Shown piece by piece: positions 1 through 12,719 of a DNA stretch of 64,000 bases. Position 1 is the stretch's first letter; each line of letters begins with the position of its first letter. This DNA comes from Callorhinchus milii. Taxonomy: Eukaryota. The stretch covers positions 130,946,001 through 131,010,000 of the forward strand of contig NW_024704742.1 of the NCBI RefSeq assembly GCF_018977255.1. Direction: 5' to 3'. Made by a program: the position numbers and the translations under genes. The notes under the pieces were generated by a model. The model made no database searches, was not told the DNA's origin, and saw nothing but the letters and a program-made list of their open reading frames with translations.

Positions 1-69
1 TCCTGATTGTACAGCACCCTGGGACGTCGTTCCAACATGAAGGGCGCTATACAAGTGTAATTTATTGTA

Positions 70-480
70 TAGCTCATTATCACATCGATAGGATGACTCA
101 AAGTGCTTCACAGGATTTATTGTGAAATGGAGTGACTGTGTACTTGTGGGCAAATGTCGCAGCTCAATTGTGCACAGCAATGCCCCACAAACAGCCATCG
201 AGCGAGTGGCCAATTTTATTTGGGGGATTGTTGGCCAGGACTCCGGGAGAGAGAAACCCCCTTCTCTTTTCAAATAGTGTCATGGGATCTTGAACGGCCA
301 CCTGAACAGGCAGATGGACCTCGGTTTAACTTCTCATCAGAAGGACAGCACCAACGACAATGCAATACCCCCTGAGCGCTGCATTGAAATGTCAGCTTAG
401 ACTATGTGAGTTCAAATCCTGATGTAGAATTTGAACCCACAACTACCTAACTCGGAGGTGAGAGTCCTACCGCTGAGACA
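70..480 (-). mobile_element. Long tRNA-derived DeuSINE-like element (family B)
   Basis: Degenerate A/B-box head, core tgtggggcattgctgtgcacaattg, L2-like tail. Confidence 0.75.
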
Positions 481-1019
481 TGTAAGCATACATCGTGCCC
501 GTGGTGAAGCTTAATACACCTCTGCATCTGGTAGAAAAGTTTGCTTAGAAAGTGTTCAATTGCCTGAACCTCCACAGAGGTTGAAAGACAGAGTTAATCA
601 CCATCTGCTGAACCATGGAGTAAGCATTAGATCACAGGAAGGTACTGTGAGCACCCCCAAGGCGCAACAGCACAATTTCTCTGCTCCTTATTTTGCTCTT
701 AACCACAACCAGGATCAAGGTTATTAAAGATCTGTCTCCTTACATTTGTCTCCGACTGTACTCAGTGATGCCAAACCATGAATAAAATAAGGTTACGTTC
801 ATTTCAGTGCCAGTTTTATTCACTTACCAATTCTGAATACTAGTAATGAACACTGCAGTGTTGGAATACTCTGTAATGATTTCAACAAATGGGTCTAATC
901 TGTGGTACTTCTTAATCATTTTCTTGATAGGAAATATGGGAGAATTTGTCCTTCAGCATGTCTGATAATTTAGATAATGGATAATTACACGTTTCGTATT
1001 CAGAAATCTCTAAGAAACA

Positions 1020-1283
1020 TTGCGGCAGCTAATTGCACACAGCAGTGTCCCACAAACAATCGTGGATTGAGTGACCAAATTATTTTTATTTATTGTGAAG
1101 GAATTATTACCCCCCGGAAAGCGATCCGCCAACCGACTAACAATCGGGTTCCTGCTTACTGATAGGTAATCAGAGGCGTGTGCAGTAAGGAAACTTGCCT
1201 AACATTTTGCCCTGCTGGGAATCGAACCCAGGTCCTCTCGCTTGCGAGGCGAATGCTCTAACCCCTAAACTACAGGACTCCAC
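1020..1283 (-). mobile_element. SINE family A (tRNA-Ala-like head), 3'-truncated
   Basis: Reverse complement of ggagtcctgtag...gggttcgattcccag head plus core. Confidence 0.8.
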
Positions 1284-2310
1284 AGTTGGTTAGAAACTAG
1301 CAAAAATACTGTTCTGTGCCAGGTTGCTGGGGATGTTTCTGAACCCAGATATACCATTCCTGCAACTCTGGGCACTTTGTGCAACCTCGCACATAAACAC
1401 CAGCAGGATTTTTTTTAGTGGGAGCAAACGTTTGTTATGTTTTTACAATGTGCAATATGGGAGCAGCGATAAAGATGTAGAGAGAGAATAAAAGAGAAAG
1501 TTATAGGGAGTCAGAGAGAGAGAGACGCTGAGGGACACTCGGAGAAAGAGTTCACAGTGTGAGAGCGAAAAAGACATGGTAAAGGAGAAAAATGATCAGA
1601 GAGGGAGAGAGAAACTGAAAGATTGAGAGAGAAAGGCTGGCACAGTGTGGTACTGCATTAATAGTATAACTCCTGATGGAACTTTTTTTATTTAACAATG
1701 TTACCAATTTATATTTTGAGTGATATCCAATTATCCACACTGTTTGCTTCTCTGTGAAGGGGAGGGTCCCAATTAGTATGAATAGCCAGCTCTCTGCTGT
1801 AATTTATTCAATGTGATTTTGATCATCCCCACATCACTATTTCTTTCTTAGAAGCAGGATCAGGGCAGAGGAGCAAAAATGGTAGCAATGTACAGCAATC
1901 AAATACTTCTCCCTTGCTACCAATCTGCATACCAGCCCTGAGCTCCATCCACTGCGATGTGCATTGGGCCTATACATGAAAGATACATTTTTTTTTGTAT
2001 TGAAGACTGGAAGCGATATTCCAAATAGCTTTAAGACACTTAGAAAAGCAACACCTTGAAAATTCTTTTTTGAAATTTTGCCTTTCAAATCAAAACTTTC
2101 GCTCATCCTTAGAATCGGCTTTGACCTTTGCTACATCTGTTGGCTATTGCACTTCAGAAGATGGAGAAATTGCATGTGGACATTTTATAGACTGATCGTG
2201 GTGGTGTTACCAGTGAAGCACCCCTGAACTCGAGAGAGTGGATAGTCTCCTTTTACACTGCAGCTCACAACCTGGCATAAGAGAAAGACAGGAAGATTAG
2301 ACTTTGTAAT

Positions 2311-2631
2311 GTGGAGTCCTGTAGCTCAGTGGTTAGAGCACTCGCTTTGCAAGCGAGAGACCTGAGTTCAATTCCAGGCAGGTCAGGGCGAAACCTTGGG
2401 CAAGTTTCCTTACTCCACACGCCTAATAATAATCCCTCCAAAACAAAAACAATAATAAATTGGTCATTTTCAATCTACGACTGTTTGTGGGACATTGCTG
2501 TGCGCAATTGGCTGCCGCGTTCGCCCACAAGTATACAGTCAATTCTGTGTTCTGTGAAGCGCTTTGGGACGTCCTCCCGACGTGAAAAGCGCTATATCAA
2601 ATGCAAGGATTATTATTATTATTATTATTAT
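2311..2631 (+). mobile_element. Full-length young SINE family A
   Basis: A box tagctcagtgg, tRNA-like arm ctcgc-tttgcaa-gcgag, B box gttcaattcc, Deu-like core, tail gtgaaaagcgctatatcaaatgcaagg(att)n. Confidence 0.9.
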
Positions 2632-2859
2632 AACTTAAAGGAGAGGGGAGTCTTGCCTTTACAAAGATGGTCGGGCAACTCTTTATTACGTGCAGGACAC
2701 TATATAAGTGCAAGTTGTTGTTGTTAACATTTGGTCACTTTTTTTATATGTATCTCCATTCCTCCATGTTTGTAATTTTGTAATCAATGAATGAAGCATG
2801 ACCAAAAGAGAGAAAAACAAGTGTACTTACAATCCATTTGAAGTCTTCTCTGACGCATC

Positions 2860-3110
2860 TCCTTAGCTAGGGTGCGCAGTATTCCAGGGCACTACTGATG
2901 ATAGACCAGCCAGCCTGGTTCCTTGGCAGGGCTTGGATGGGTAGACCAGTCATTTGGGAACAGGAATTTTTCACACCCTGTTAATTCTGCAATCTTACCA
3001 AAGCTCTAATGGGTAGGGTGGTCCAAGCTGGACAAGCAGCAGGAAGCTTGCCAGATAATGCATTCAATGGCAAGCTGTGCGGTTTTAGCTGCTTAAACTC
3101 CAGCACCCCA
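2860..3110 (+). repeat. Unclassified dispersed repeat (second copy inverted at ~30960-31240)
   Basis: Shared gcagtattcc.gggcact.ctg...ggcagg.cttgga.ggg.agaccagtcatt...gaagcttgccaga. Confidence 0.75.
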
Positions 3111-3149
3111 ACGGTTCAATAAAGTTAACATAAATAAGCTGTTTTCACT

Positions 3150-3425
3150 GTTTAAGGAGCCCATAATCAGGGGACACAAATATAAGACAACAACTAGGGG
3201 ATCTAAAGGAGAATTTAGGAGGAACTATTGCATTTCACACAGAGGGTAGTAGAATTGTAGAACAAACTCGCTGCCTGAAGCGGTGTTTGAATCAGATAGC
3301 GTAGATGCAATCAAGAGGAATGTGGACCTTCATATCAGGGAGGGGAGAAAGAAGGGTATGGGAGGGAGTAAGGAGAGGGAGGAGACTCGTATGGAGTATA
3401 AACACTGGAATGGACTGGGCCATTC
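3150..3425 (+). mobile_element. CR1 LINE 3' fragment
   Basis: gggacacaaatataag...ttcacacagagggtagtagaattgt, CR1 ORF2 C-terminus/3'-UTR style. Confidence 0.65.
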
Positions 3426-3687
3426 TTGGCTGGGCTGAGGGTCGCGGTGTTTATAAGGACAATATATGAATGCAAGTTATTTTATTTCTGTGTTGTACAG
3501 TCTTTGTAATTCTTGGAAGGTGCACACTCAGGTCTTTGGCTCCTGCCAAACTGCTTCTATGTTGTCTCTGGAATTAGGTAAGCAGGTGGAACCCTCCTGA
3601 CTCATTCCATTTCCAATGTAGGGAAAATGTCCATGTATAAGTGGCATACACATGTGGAACTCACGGTCCACACGCTTAAGCACACTG

Positions 3688-4122
3688 ATAATAATATAAT
3701 AAAAAGAATCCTTGCATTTGATATAGCGCCTTATCACATCGTTGAGGCGTCTCAAAGCGCTTCACAGAATATACCATAAAGTGAATTGATTGTTTGTTTC
3801 ATGGATGAAACGCGGCAGCCAATTGTGCACAGCAGTGTCCCACAAACAGTCGTGGATTGAGTGACCTAATTATTATTATTATTTTTTTTTGGAGGGATTA
3901 TTACCCCCGGAAAGTGATCCGCCCATTGACTGACAAACGGTACAACAACAACAAGATTACATTTGTATAGTGCCTTTCACGTTGGGAGGACGTCCCAAGG
4001 CGCTGCTTAGCAAAAGAAGTGTGTGGAGTAAGGAAACTTGTCTAAGGTTTTACCCTGCCCAGGAATCGAATGGGTCCTCTCGCCTGTGAGGCGAGTGCTC
4101 TAACCAAAACGCTACAGGATCC
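3688..4122 (-). mobile_element. SINE family A, interrupted by an L2-like tail
   Basis: Tail, core and head recognisable in reverse complement. Confidence 0.75.
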
Positions 4123-4920
4123 CACTGTTGGGTTTCCGCTCATGTCAGACACCTGGCTGACCCCCCAAAATTGTTTGCCTGGGTCAGGAACATCTACTTT
4201 TGGTGAGCAAGCATGCAATTTAAATGCTATTTCTTACTTAGAAACAGGATCAGGTCAGAGGAGCAAAGTGGTAGCAAAGTACAGCAATCAAATAGTTCTC
4301 CCTTGTTACCAATCTGCATAGCAGCTCTCAGCTCCATCCTCTGCGATGTGCATTGGGGCTGATGTGTACATGCAAGACAGATATTTGCCAATTGCACACA
4401 GCAGCATCCCTCAAAAAGTACCAGTCTTTTGTAGCATCTGCTTAAACCTGCTTAGGTCACGTTACAATCATTCACTCACTGCATGACAATGTTGTATCTC
4501 TCCACGGAATTTGCATATTAAAGTGCGTGGCTGTAAACTCCTCACCGCTATTCATTGCTTTTCCTTATTACCTATAATTCATGGCGTATACGAGCCCCTC
4601 GCCCCACCACCCACCACTCTGCTTTTGTACGACTGTGGTTTTTATCTGGGCCCTTGTTGTGCTCAGATTGATTTGTACTGTGTAGTTAATTTACCTTGTG
4701 CTGCACAATTACTTAGATTGTTACTGTGTGCTTCCAGGGATTGTACTGTGGTGTTCAACTGCCTTGCACTGTGTGCTCAGTCCACCTCATTGTGTAGTGG
4801 CATTAGCTTCCACTCTCCCACTTGTCTGTACTCTATTACACCATTGGGTTTGGCTGGTGGTTCACATTGATTGTACAGCACGTTTGATTATTTTCTCCAT
4901 TGCTCCACTTTCGCTTGTTT

Positions 4921-5080
4921 CAGAGCCCCTCACAGTGTGGTTGAGAGCTCCTCACAGTGTGGCTGACAGCCCCTCACAGTGTGGCTGACAGCCCCTCACA
5001 ATGTGGCTGACAGCCCCTCACAGTGTGGCTGACAGCCCCTCACAGTGTGGCTGACAACCCCTCACAGTGTGGCTGACAGC
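4921..5080. repeat. 22-bp minisatellite (cagcccctcacagtgtggctga)n, ~7 units; diverged units resume ~5355-5465
   Basis: Direct tandem units read from the sequence. Confidence 0.92.
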
Positions 5081-6459
5081 GCTCTGGGACGCTACACTGT
5101 GTGAAGGGCACTACGTAACTGCTATATTGTTGTTGTTGTTCAAAGGCTTTGGAATTCTCTCCCTCAATCCCTCCACCTTGGCCCCTCCTTCCCCTCTTTT
5201 CCATCACGACTGAAGACCTTCCTCTTTGATAGTGCTTACCATCACCTCCTTCTTCCCCCCGGCTTGGCGTCAGGCTCCGCCACTGTTAAGAGCTCCGAGA
5301 CGTTGCCCCATGTGAAGGGCACTATATAAATGCAAGTTGTTGTTGATGTCATTGATAGCCCTTTGCAATGTGGATGAGAGCCCCTCCAAGTGTGGTTGAG
5401 AGCCCCTCACAGTATGGTTGAGAGCCCCTCACGGTGTGTTCAGAGCCCCTCACGGTGTGGTTCAGAGTGGCTGGTGGCAGAATCAACTTCCGATTGGTTT
5501 ATTAGAAAATAAATCCTGTCCTGTGAGTTAATTCCTGATTGAAGTCTCCCACTGGCGAAATGATTTCACAATCCAGAGGTGGATTTATTGTGTAAGAAAG
5601 TCTCTCGGAGGGGGAGGTGGGGGCTAATTCCACAGCCTAGTCAGTGGATTCTGGATGAAGGACTCTTTTAAGATTTGCAGCGATGAATCAATGCAGCAGG
5701 TTTTACAAGTGGGAAGATTAAATAACAACTTGCTTCATGAATGGAGGAAGACTTGATTTTGGATGGAGCAGGGAGGGGGCAGTGTGGTGTGAGAATGGAG
5801 GTTACAAATGATTTACTCCAGGGGGTGGGGCGATGGGGGATCGGTGGCGGTGAGAGAGAAGATTCACTATATTGATCTATGTTTTTGGGTACATTTTGAA
5901 TGTTTGCTCCCTCCCTCTCTCCCTCCCTCCCTCCCACCCACCCACACCTTGTGCAAGGCACGTCTCAAAACGTACTTTTGGTCACTTTCTCCCCTCCCTA
6001 CCTCCCTCGGATCCCACCCCCAGTTTAGATGCCCATCCAGCATTGTCAAGCCCTTTGAGATGTCCTTCCGACACGAAAGGCACTATATATAAAATATAAC
6101 TTGCATTGTGTTGGGTTACAGCTCAGAGACTTGCTTGTAGTGTTATGAATTTGAATTCCTGTTCACCTTCAAAGCACACAGTCATCACACTTGTGCAGCG
6201 CTTTGAGACATCCTCCTAACAAGACAGGCACTATACACAATACAATACCAAATCAAATTTGTACAGTGCTTCTCACAACAGGAGGCCATCCCAATGTGCT
6301 GGACAGTCCAGGGTTTGCACTCGACCTGGGGATTGGGGCCAATGGGACGGGGGGTGGAGGGGGGAGTGAAGGAAAGATGACCAAAAAATGCAGTTAAAAG
6401 GAAGGTCTTGAGGTGGACCTTGAAGGAGGCAAGAGACAGGGCGAGTGGAAGGGGTGAGT

Positions 6460-6761
6460 TGGAGTCCTGTAGCTCAGTGGTTAGAGCGCTCGCCTTGCGA
6501 GCGAGAGACCTGGGTTCAATTCCCAGCAGAGCAAAATCTTGGGCAAATTTCCTTACTCCACACGCCTGATAATAATCCCTCAAAAAAAAAACAATAATAA
6601 ATTAGTCACTTCAATCCACAACTGTTTGAAGGACACTGCTGTGCGCAATTGGCCCACAAAATATATAGTCAATTCACTTTACAGTATATTCTGTGAAGGG
6701 CTTTGAGACATCTAGAAGATGTGAAAAGCGCTATATCAAATGCAAGGACTATTATTATTAA
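6460..6761 (+). mobile_element. Full-length SINE family A inserted in a minus-strand L2 fragment (~6240-7010)
   Basis: Same head/core/tail as the 2311 copy; flanks read as continuous L2 3' sequence. Confidence 0.85.
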
Positions 6762-8229
6762 TGGACTACGGGATCGAGTTCCAGGGAGTGGGGGCAGATA
6801 TGCTGATAGGCCGACCACTGATAGTGGGTGGGACGAGGGAAATTAAACAGGCTGGTGCCCACTGAGCAGAGGGAGAGACCTGCTTGGTTAGAGTTTGAGG
6901 AGATTGCAGAGATAGGGTGAGGCAAGACAATGGAGGGATTTAAAGGATGAGGATCTTGAATTCAATCCTCTGGGGGATGTGGAGCCAGGCGAGGATGGGA
7001 GTGAATGCAAGGCTTATTGTTTGTCACTGTATGTGGATGCATTCCTCACCGGTCTCCCCAGCTCCACTATCCCCAAACATATTCAGAACTCTGCTGCCTG
7101 TATACTCATCCCCTCTAAACTCCGTACTCCCATCACACTAGTCCTCACTAGATTCCTATCGCTTCCATCTGATTGTTTGTCTTCTGAATTCACTGCTCGC
7201 ACACCTGGACTATTTTCACTGAGTCCCTAGTACAGAAGGGACATGGAATTGGGCTCAGAAGGACAGGCAGCTCAGATGTAATTACTTTAAGCAGAGTAGC
7301 AAATACTGTATGTGGAACAGGCTACTCAGGGAGCTTGTGGAAGGTCAATTCTGGCAGTAGATTCAAGAGGGAATTACAGAAGTATCTGGCAAAGATTTGC
7401 AATCAAAGGGTACGAGAGCAGGAGCTGTGTGAGATGCTGATTTGTTTTTAAGTGATTTTTTCTTTAACTTTGCGGTCAGCTGGTTTGTAAAGATCCCTTT
7501 CCGTTCCTGAATGTACCTATGTTCCTAAACTTTTTTTTAATAATAACAATCCCCGCATGTGCCTTGGCACCTGATTGTGTAGTCAAGATGGGTTCATAGG
7601 GTTTCACTGTGAAGTGTAGCGACTGTGTGCTTTGTGCTTTGAGACGTCGAGAAGATGTGAAAAGCGCTATATCAAATGCAAGGATTATTATTATTATTAT
7701 CATTATTATGCTATGTTTTACAGACTGTATAGATCAATAACAATGAGTATTATGTCTTGAAACCCGAAACACTCTCCCTTAATTCCTCCGTCTTGCCCCT
7801 TCCTACCCCATTTCCAGCTTGCGCCAGAAGACTTTTCTTTTCGACTGTGCTTACAGTCACCCTCCCCCCCGCCCTCTGGCTCAGCGCCGTGCTCCACCAC
7901 AGTCAAGCGCTCTGGGATGCTACCCTGCATGAGTGATGCTGTATAAATACAAGTTGTTGTTGTTGTAATGAACCAAGGCAGACAGACGGGCAGATTAGAA
8001 GCTCGCTAGCTTTCTGCGGCTTATTGCAGAATACAGCAGCGCTGTGGGTTTCTATAGCCCGTCTACAGTGAGTGCAACTTCACAAGGTTGAACGGTGCTC
8101 TCCGCCAGCAGAAAGATCACAGAATCACTTTGGACGAGGACGTCTACTTCGGTACATCTTACCTCATCCTTCCTGAAAACCCATCCCTACCGTCTTCCCA
8201 ACAGGTCCAATAAGAAACCAAGCCGTGTT

Positions 8230-10792
8230 TTTTTTCATAAACTGTGCTTTATTTAGGGCTAAGCTGAAAAGCGTCATCCAGTACTTACATGAAGATTACA
8301 ATGTTTTTCTGGTAATTGAGAGTGAAGAGAGCAGTCAGTCTTAAATGACTATATCCCACTCTGGTAGTAGGCATACAGCTCTTTTCATTTTTGTTTGTCA
8401 GTAAAAAATAGAACGGAAGCCAAAATTCTGGGCGATAAATTAGAAAAACAAAAGTGGAGTTGTTTTTTGGGGCCAGGGAAAAAATGTTCAAATGAAACTT
8501 TTTTTTTCATTGTTTTATTTAAAAAAAAGTCAACGAAGCAAGGGAGAGAGAGGCCAGTCACTCCGCTGGCATTTATAAATTAAATAAGGGCGGATAACCT
8601 CCTAAAAATACATACAATAAATAAGCATAATAAATAAGTAAATAAATAAAAAAATTCAGTTCCAGATTTGACGGCGATTAACACAGTGGATTTGTTTTTT
8701 TTTATGCTCCCTCTCAACTGCTCTGTTAATTCAGTTACCAAAGATAAATCCCGTGCTTTCATTTTAAATAGTTTCCTTTTTTTTTCTCAGTCAGTTCAGT
8801 AAAATTCCTACAAAATATGCAAATTTATTTACATGAAACAGAGACAGAACCTTTTAAACATTCTCTGTTTTTGTTACACTTCCTGTAAACAGCAGAGATT
8901 CTCTCCCTCGTATTATTATTAGTATTTTTTTAAATTTCTGTTAAGTACAGTATTGATATGATGTTCATTAACCATTCCCAGGAGTCAGGGCTACTTTTGC
9001 TTCTGTTTGCTCTGTCCCTGCGGGGTTTATTATTTTGTTTGCAAAGAGTATTTTTTATCATTAACTTGAGAGAGTATTATGGATGAAATTTTGCTAAGAG
9101 TTGCTCAGAGCACATCTTGGGTGATGTTTAAAGCCAAACAAACCTTGCATCTACTCCAGGTTCGTCTGTTATAGGTGGTGGTGTTATTGTTTTTTTGCTG
9201 GAGACTCGTGTCCACGATTTTTGCTGCAATGTTTACAATAGTTTTCAGGAATTTTTTTTGTTGTGTTTTTTTTTATTTTTTTTTGCTTTGTAAATTTTTT
9301 TTAAAACTTTTTTTTATATATATAGCTGGAATGATTGCAGTCAAAGATCTGCCAGTGTAATGCATCTGATCCCAATTCAGACCGCATCAGATAGATTAGC
9401 AGTTGGCAGTATATGAACTTATGCTTGTCTAAATTCTACAAAATTACAATTCTACAGGATTTTTTTTTAGCAGTTACGCTAACCTCTATTGTGTTTTTTT
9501 TTGCATTTTATGTCTAATTTTTTTTATTATTTTTATACCGGTAATTTAAAAGTTTTTTTTAAATTCTGTACAACTATTGATTTATTTATTTTGCTTTTAT
9601 CTCGAAGGGAAGGGTATCCTCAACACAATGAACCATTTCCAAGCAATAATCCTATTTCCAAAATAGTCCTCTTTCTCTCTCTTTCTCTCTCCTTCTCTCA
9701 TCAGTAAGTAAGTTTTTGTTTGCTTCCCCCACAATTTAAGCCAATCTGAAACGCTCCCTCTTCACAAAAGTTAACAGTAAACCATATGAAAACTACTTAC
9801 TTGAATTAATGATACCAAAGTGCCTCTTGAAGTATCAAAGAGCTACAATCTTGCTTATTTGAAAGCAGTTTAAGTATTATCATCATTAATATTATTACTT
9901 TTTTTTTTACAATTCAAGATAAACTCTTCGGACTGTTATAGGAACAGCGAGAGAAGGACGGAAATCCATAATTTACATACCACTACAAGTCTGCAATAAA
10001 AAGTTTGGTCTTTTTGGTCCCTAAATACCTAAGGAATGACAGGTAAGATTCTTAGTGGCTGTTTACCATGTGCGCCCATTGCAACTGTATCCATGATAAT
10101 AACAGGCACTCCTTATTAAATCCTGTTCAAATGTTTCTGAAAGCCAACTCGTTGCTCTACAAGCTCCTGACATCTTTTGTGTTATCTCCTTTCAGCCGTT
10201 CAAAACACCATCCTTCAGCAGAAGTCATACATTTTTTTTCCGAAGAGACTCAACAGTCTAAACAATCAGAGCAGTCAAGGTTAAAAGTCTGAAGAAGTCT
10301 TCAGCTTGATTGGCGTATGCTGATATGTCCAAAGGTTTATTTTAACAGTACTTTTATTATTGTATTGTACATGGGGTCCTCTCCAGTGTCCGCCCTGCAA
10401 AGGAAAGGCAAGATAGCTCGCATCAGACAGATCCTCGTAAAGTCAGGGAAAGAGCTACACCAAGACAGGTTTAATTTACCTGTCATCCAAAGAAACAGCA
10501 CCCTGCTTTTTTTTCTCTCTCTCTCTACCTTTAATACAATACGCTCGTTACACCCTGCACAACTCACTTCTCGTGACCCTCCAGCCTTCTCAAAAGTGAG
10601 TGCTTTAATGTCTGAATTGTTGGGGTTTGAATGTGTGAGATCAGTCTCCAAAGAGAACGGTGATCGCTGCCTTTGGGGTAATGTGACCCTGACTGGCCAA
10701 GATCTACATGGGTGGAAAGGAAAGTTGTGGAGGCTGTACTTTGAATTCAGGGAGCGAGATAGTGTGCAAATGTGAATGGACCTGTAGTCTGC
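8230..10792 (-). other. CELF4: CELF4 terminal 3'-UTR exon (predicted)
   Basis: Branch-like ctcac, pyrimidine tract cttgcctttctcctc and AGs at 10794/10790/10783; ~2.5 kb with no recognisable SINE/LINE, very AU-rich; ends at AATAAA. Confidence 0.7.
8248..8253 (-). terminator. Distal polyadenylation signal AATAAA
   Basis: tttatt on plus; followed on minus by an A-run and a GU/U-rich segment (ggcttggtttcttatt); repeats resume shortly beyond. Confidence 0.65.
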
Positions 10793-10869
10793 CTCGAGGA
10801 GAAAGGCAAGTTCATTGTTGTGAGCCAATTGTAATTTGAGGGAAAATAATAGATTTAAATATTTAAAGT

Positions 10870-11030
10870 ATAATAATAATCCTTGGATTTGATATAGCGC
10901 CTTATCAGGTCTTTGAGAGTCTTAAGGCGCTTCACAGGATATACTTATATTTTGTGGGAGAAACCCAGCAGCCAATTGCGCACAGCAGTGTCCCACAAAC
11001 AGTCGTGGATTGAGTGACCAAATCATTATA
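10870..11030 (-). mobile_element. SINE family A 3' half
   Basis: Tail and core in reverse complement, just upstream of the terminal-exon acceptor. Confidence 0.8.
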
Positions 11031-12254
11031 TTTTTTTCAAAGGAACAAAATCAGCTCTATAGAAATGGCATAGCGTATTTGAGAAGGCTGGAGTATGTGA
11101 AAAGGTACATTCTAAAGTGTTAGCCAGTGACTGGCTAAGTCTTAGCTGACCACAAAAAATAGGGATACTGTCTCTTTAAGAATCTGCATTACGCATATTT
11201 TACAGACATATATAAAAAAAAGTTACAAGGCTATGATAAATATTAGAGGTAATGATTAATAATAATCAGATTTTGTTTTAAAACAAGTAAAATAATAAAA
11301 GATTTCACAGCAGTTCTGTCTACAGCTAGCAAGTCAGATTCCGCTTACAGTTATATCACAAGAAACTACCACTGTAACAGTCCACTCTAGTGGAAGTGTC
11401 ATGCGGAATACCAATCCATGCTGGCAGGTTCCCCACACTGTTGGTTAAACAAAGAGCAAACCGTACACAGCTATCCAACAATTACAACAGCAAAAAAAAC
11501 AACAACCAATTTCAAAGGACCCTTTTTCAGTTGCACAATAAAAGCACTTCTTCCTCTGCATGTTTTTACATACTACTGAAAATGAATCTGAAATTGCTGG
11601 AATTCTAAAGGCCCGTGCTGGCCATTTGTGTTTGTTCTGGTTTGGCAAGTTTGGGTCTGTGACAGCCAGCATCGGTTAATGGAGCCACTAAGATTTTCTT
11701 TATGCTTATGATCCTACGAGAGGCTTTCAAATGAAAAAGGCCCCCTACTTCAAAAAATCAACGAAAGAAAAAAAAATCACAATATTATCAGTGCAAAGAA
11801 ATCAACCACACATCTTTGATAACAGTAAACCTGTGTTTTTTATATATATATACACATATATATTTATAATTAAAAAAAAGGATTGAAAATTCAATGTTTC
11901 ATGTGACATCTAAAGAAGCGGGGAAATCAATTAAAAAACAAAAAACAGCTGACAGGACTAAACAGAACTCAAAACTGTAAATTAATCATTAATAATAATT
12001 AATTCTTAAAGGAACCAGTCGCAAGCCGCCAAACTAAAATGAGCACAGCAAAAAAAACAACAACAGTGTCAGCACACAGTTCAAAAGGCACATGTGAAAA
12101 TGACTGGGCAGTCATCAACCGATACAACATTCACGAATAATGCTTCACGCCACCTCCACGAAACTTGACGGCATTGTCATGCAACCATCGTAGAGCTTGT
12201 TACATGACGCCATCAGATCACACTTTTAACTTCTAGTTGACGGAACTTACTCAC

Positions 12255-12719
12255 TGGACTGTTTTCTCCATGTCATTGTTATGGGTACTTTTCCTGCAGC
12301 CTGAGACTGCGGATTATGACTGTCTCTGCTTGGGTTTTGTTTTTTTTTTGATCGAAATGACAAAAGAAGAAAAGAGTTTTTCGTTTGCGCAGTGGGGAAA
12401 GGCAACCGAACACAGCATCAGTCAAAAAAAAGCAATACTCGCAATTGAAAACAAGGAAACCAACTTAAGGAGATGGATGAGGCCTTGCAAAGAGACATGA
12501 GAGTTAATGGCACACACACGGTGAACAGTGAACGGGTAATGTTATGTAGGCAACGGATACTAAAAGAAATTGTGATTAAATGGATGGCGGCAGACAGACA
12601 TTGGTTACAGTTCATCGACATTTTTCATTTCTCCCCCGTTTACAACAGATTCACACATAGGCTTGGCTAATGCGTCACTTTAACAAGTGAAAGAGACAGT
12701 AATTCTGCGTTGGGTACAT
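12255..12719 (-). other. Candidate alternative non-coding (3'-UTR) exon of CELF4
   Basis: Acceptor ctaatgttacttttctgacag|; overlapping donors CCA|gtgagt and TGA|gtaagt at 12254/12250; repeat-free. Confidence 0.5.

Noticed and set aside
828..925. Possible minus-strand exon (MIKKYHRLDPFVEIITEYSNTAVFITSIQN) ending at G|gtaagt
   Set aside because: Good donor, but no recognisable homology, an upstream in-frame stop and no partner exons I could link
2890..2960. ctgatga as a hammerhead core
   Set aside because: No helix II/GAAA, and the motif is absent from the sister copy near 31200
4921..5080. CRISPR-like array
   Set aside because: Head-to-tail units without spacers, eukaryotic context and no cas genes
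10317..10828. Overlapping 152- and 163-aa ORFs
   Set aside because: They lie in the predicted 3' UTR and show no recognisable domain
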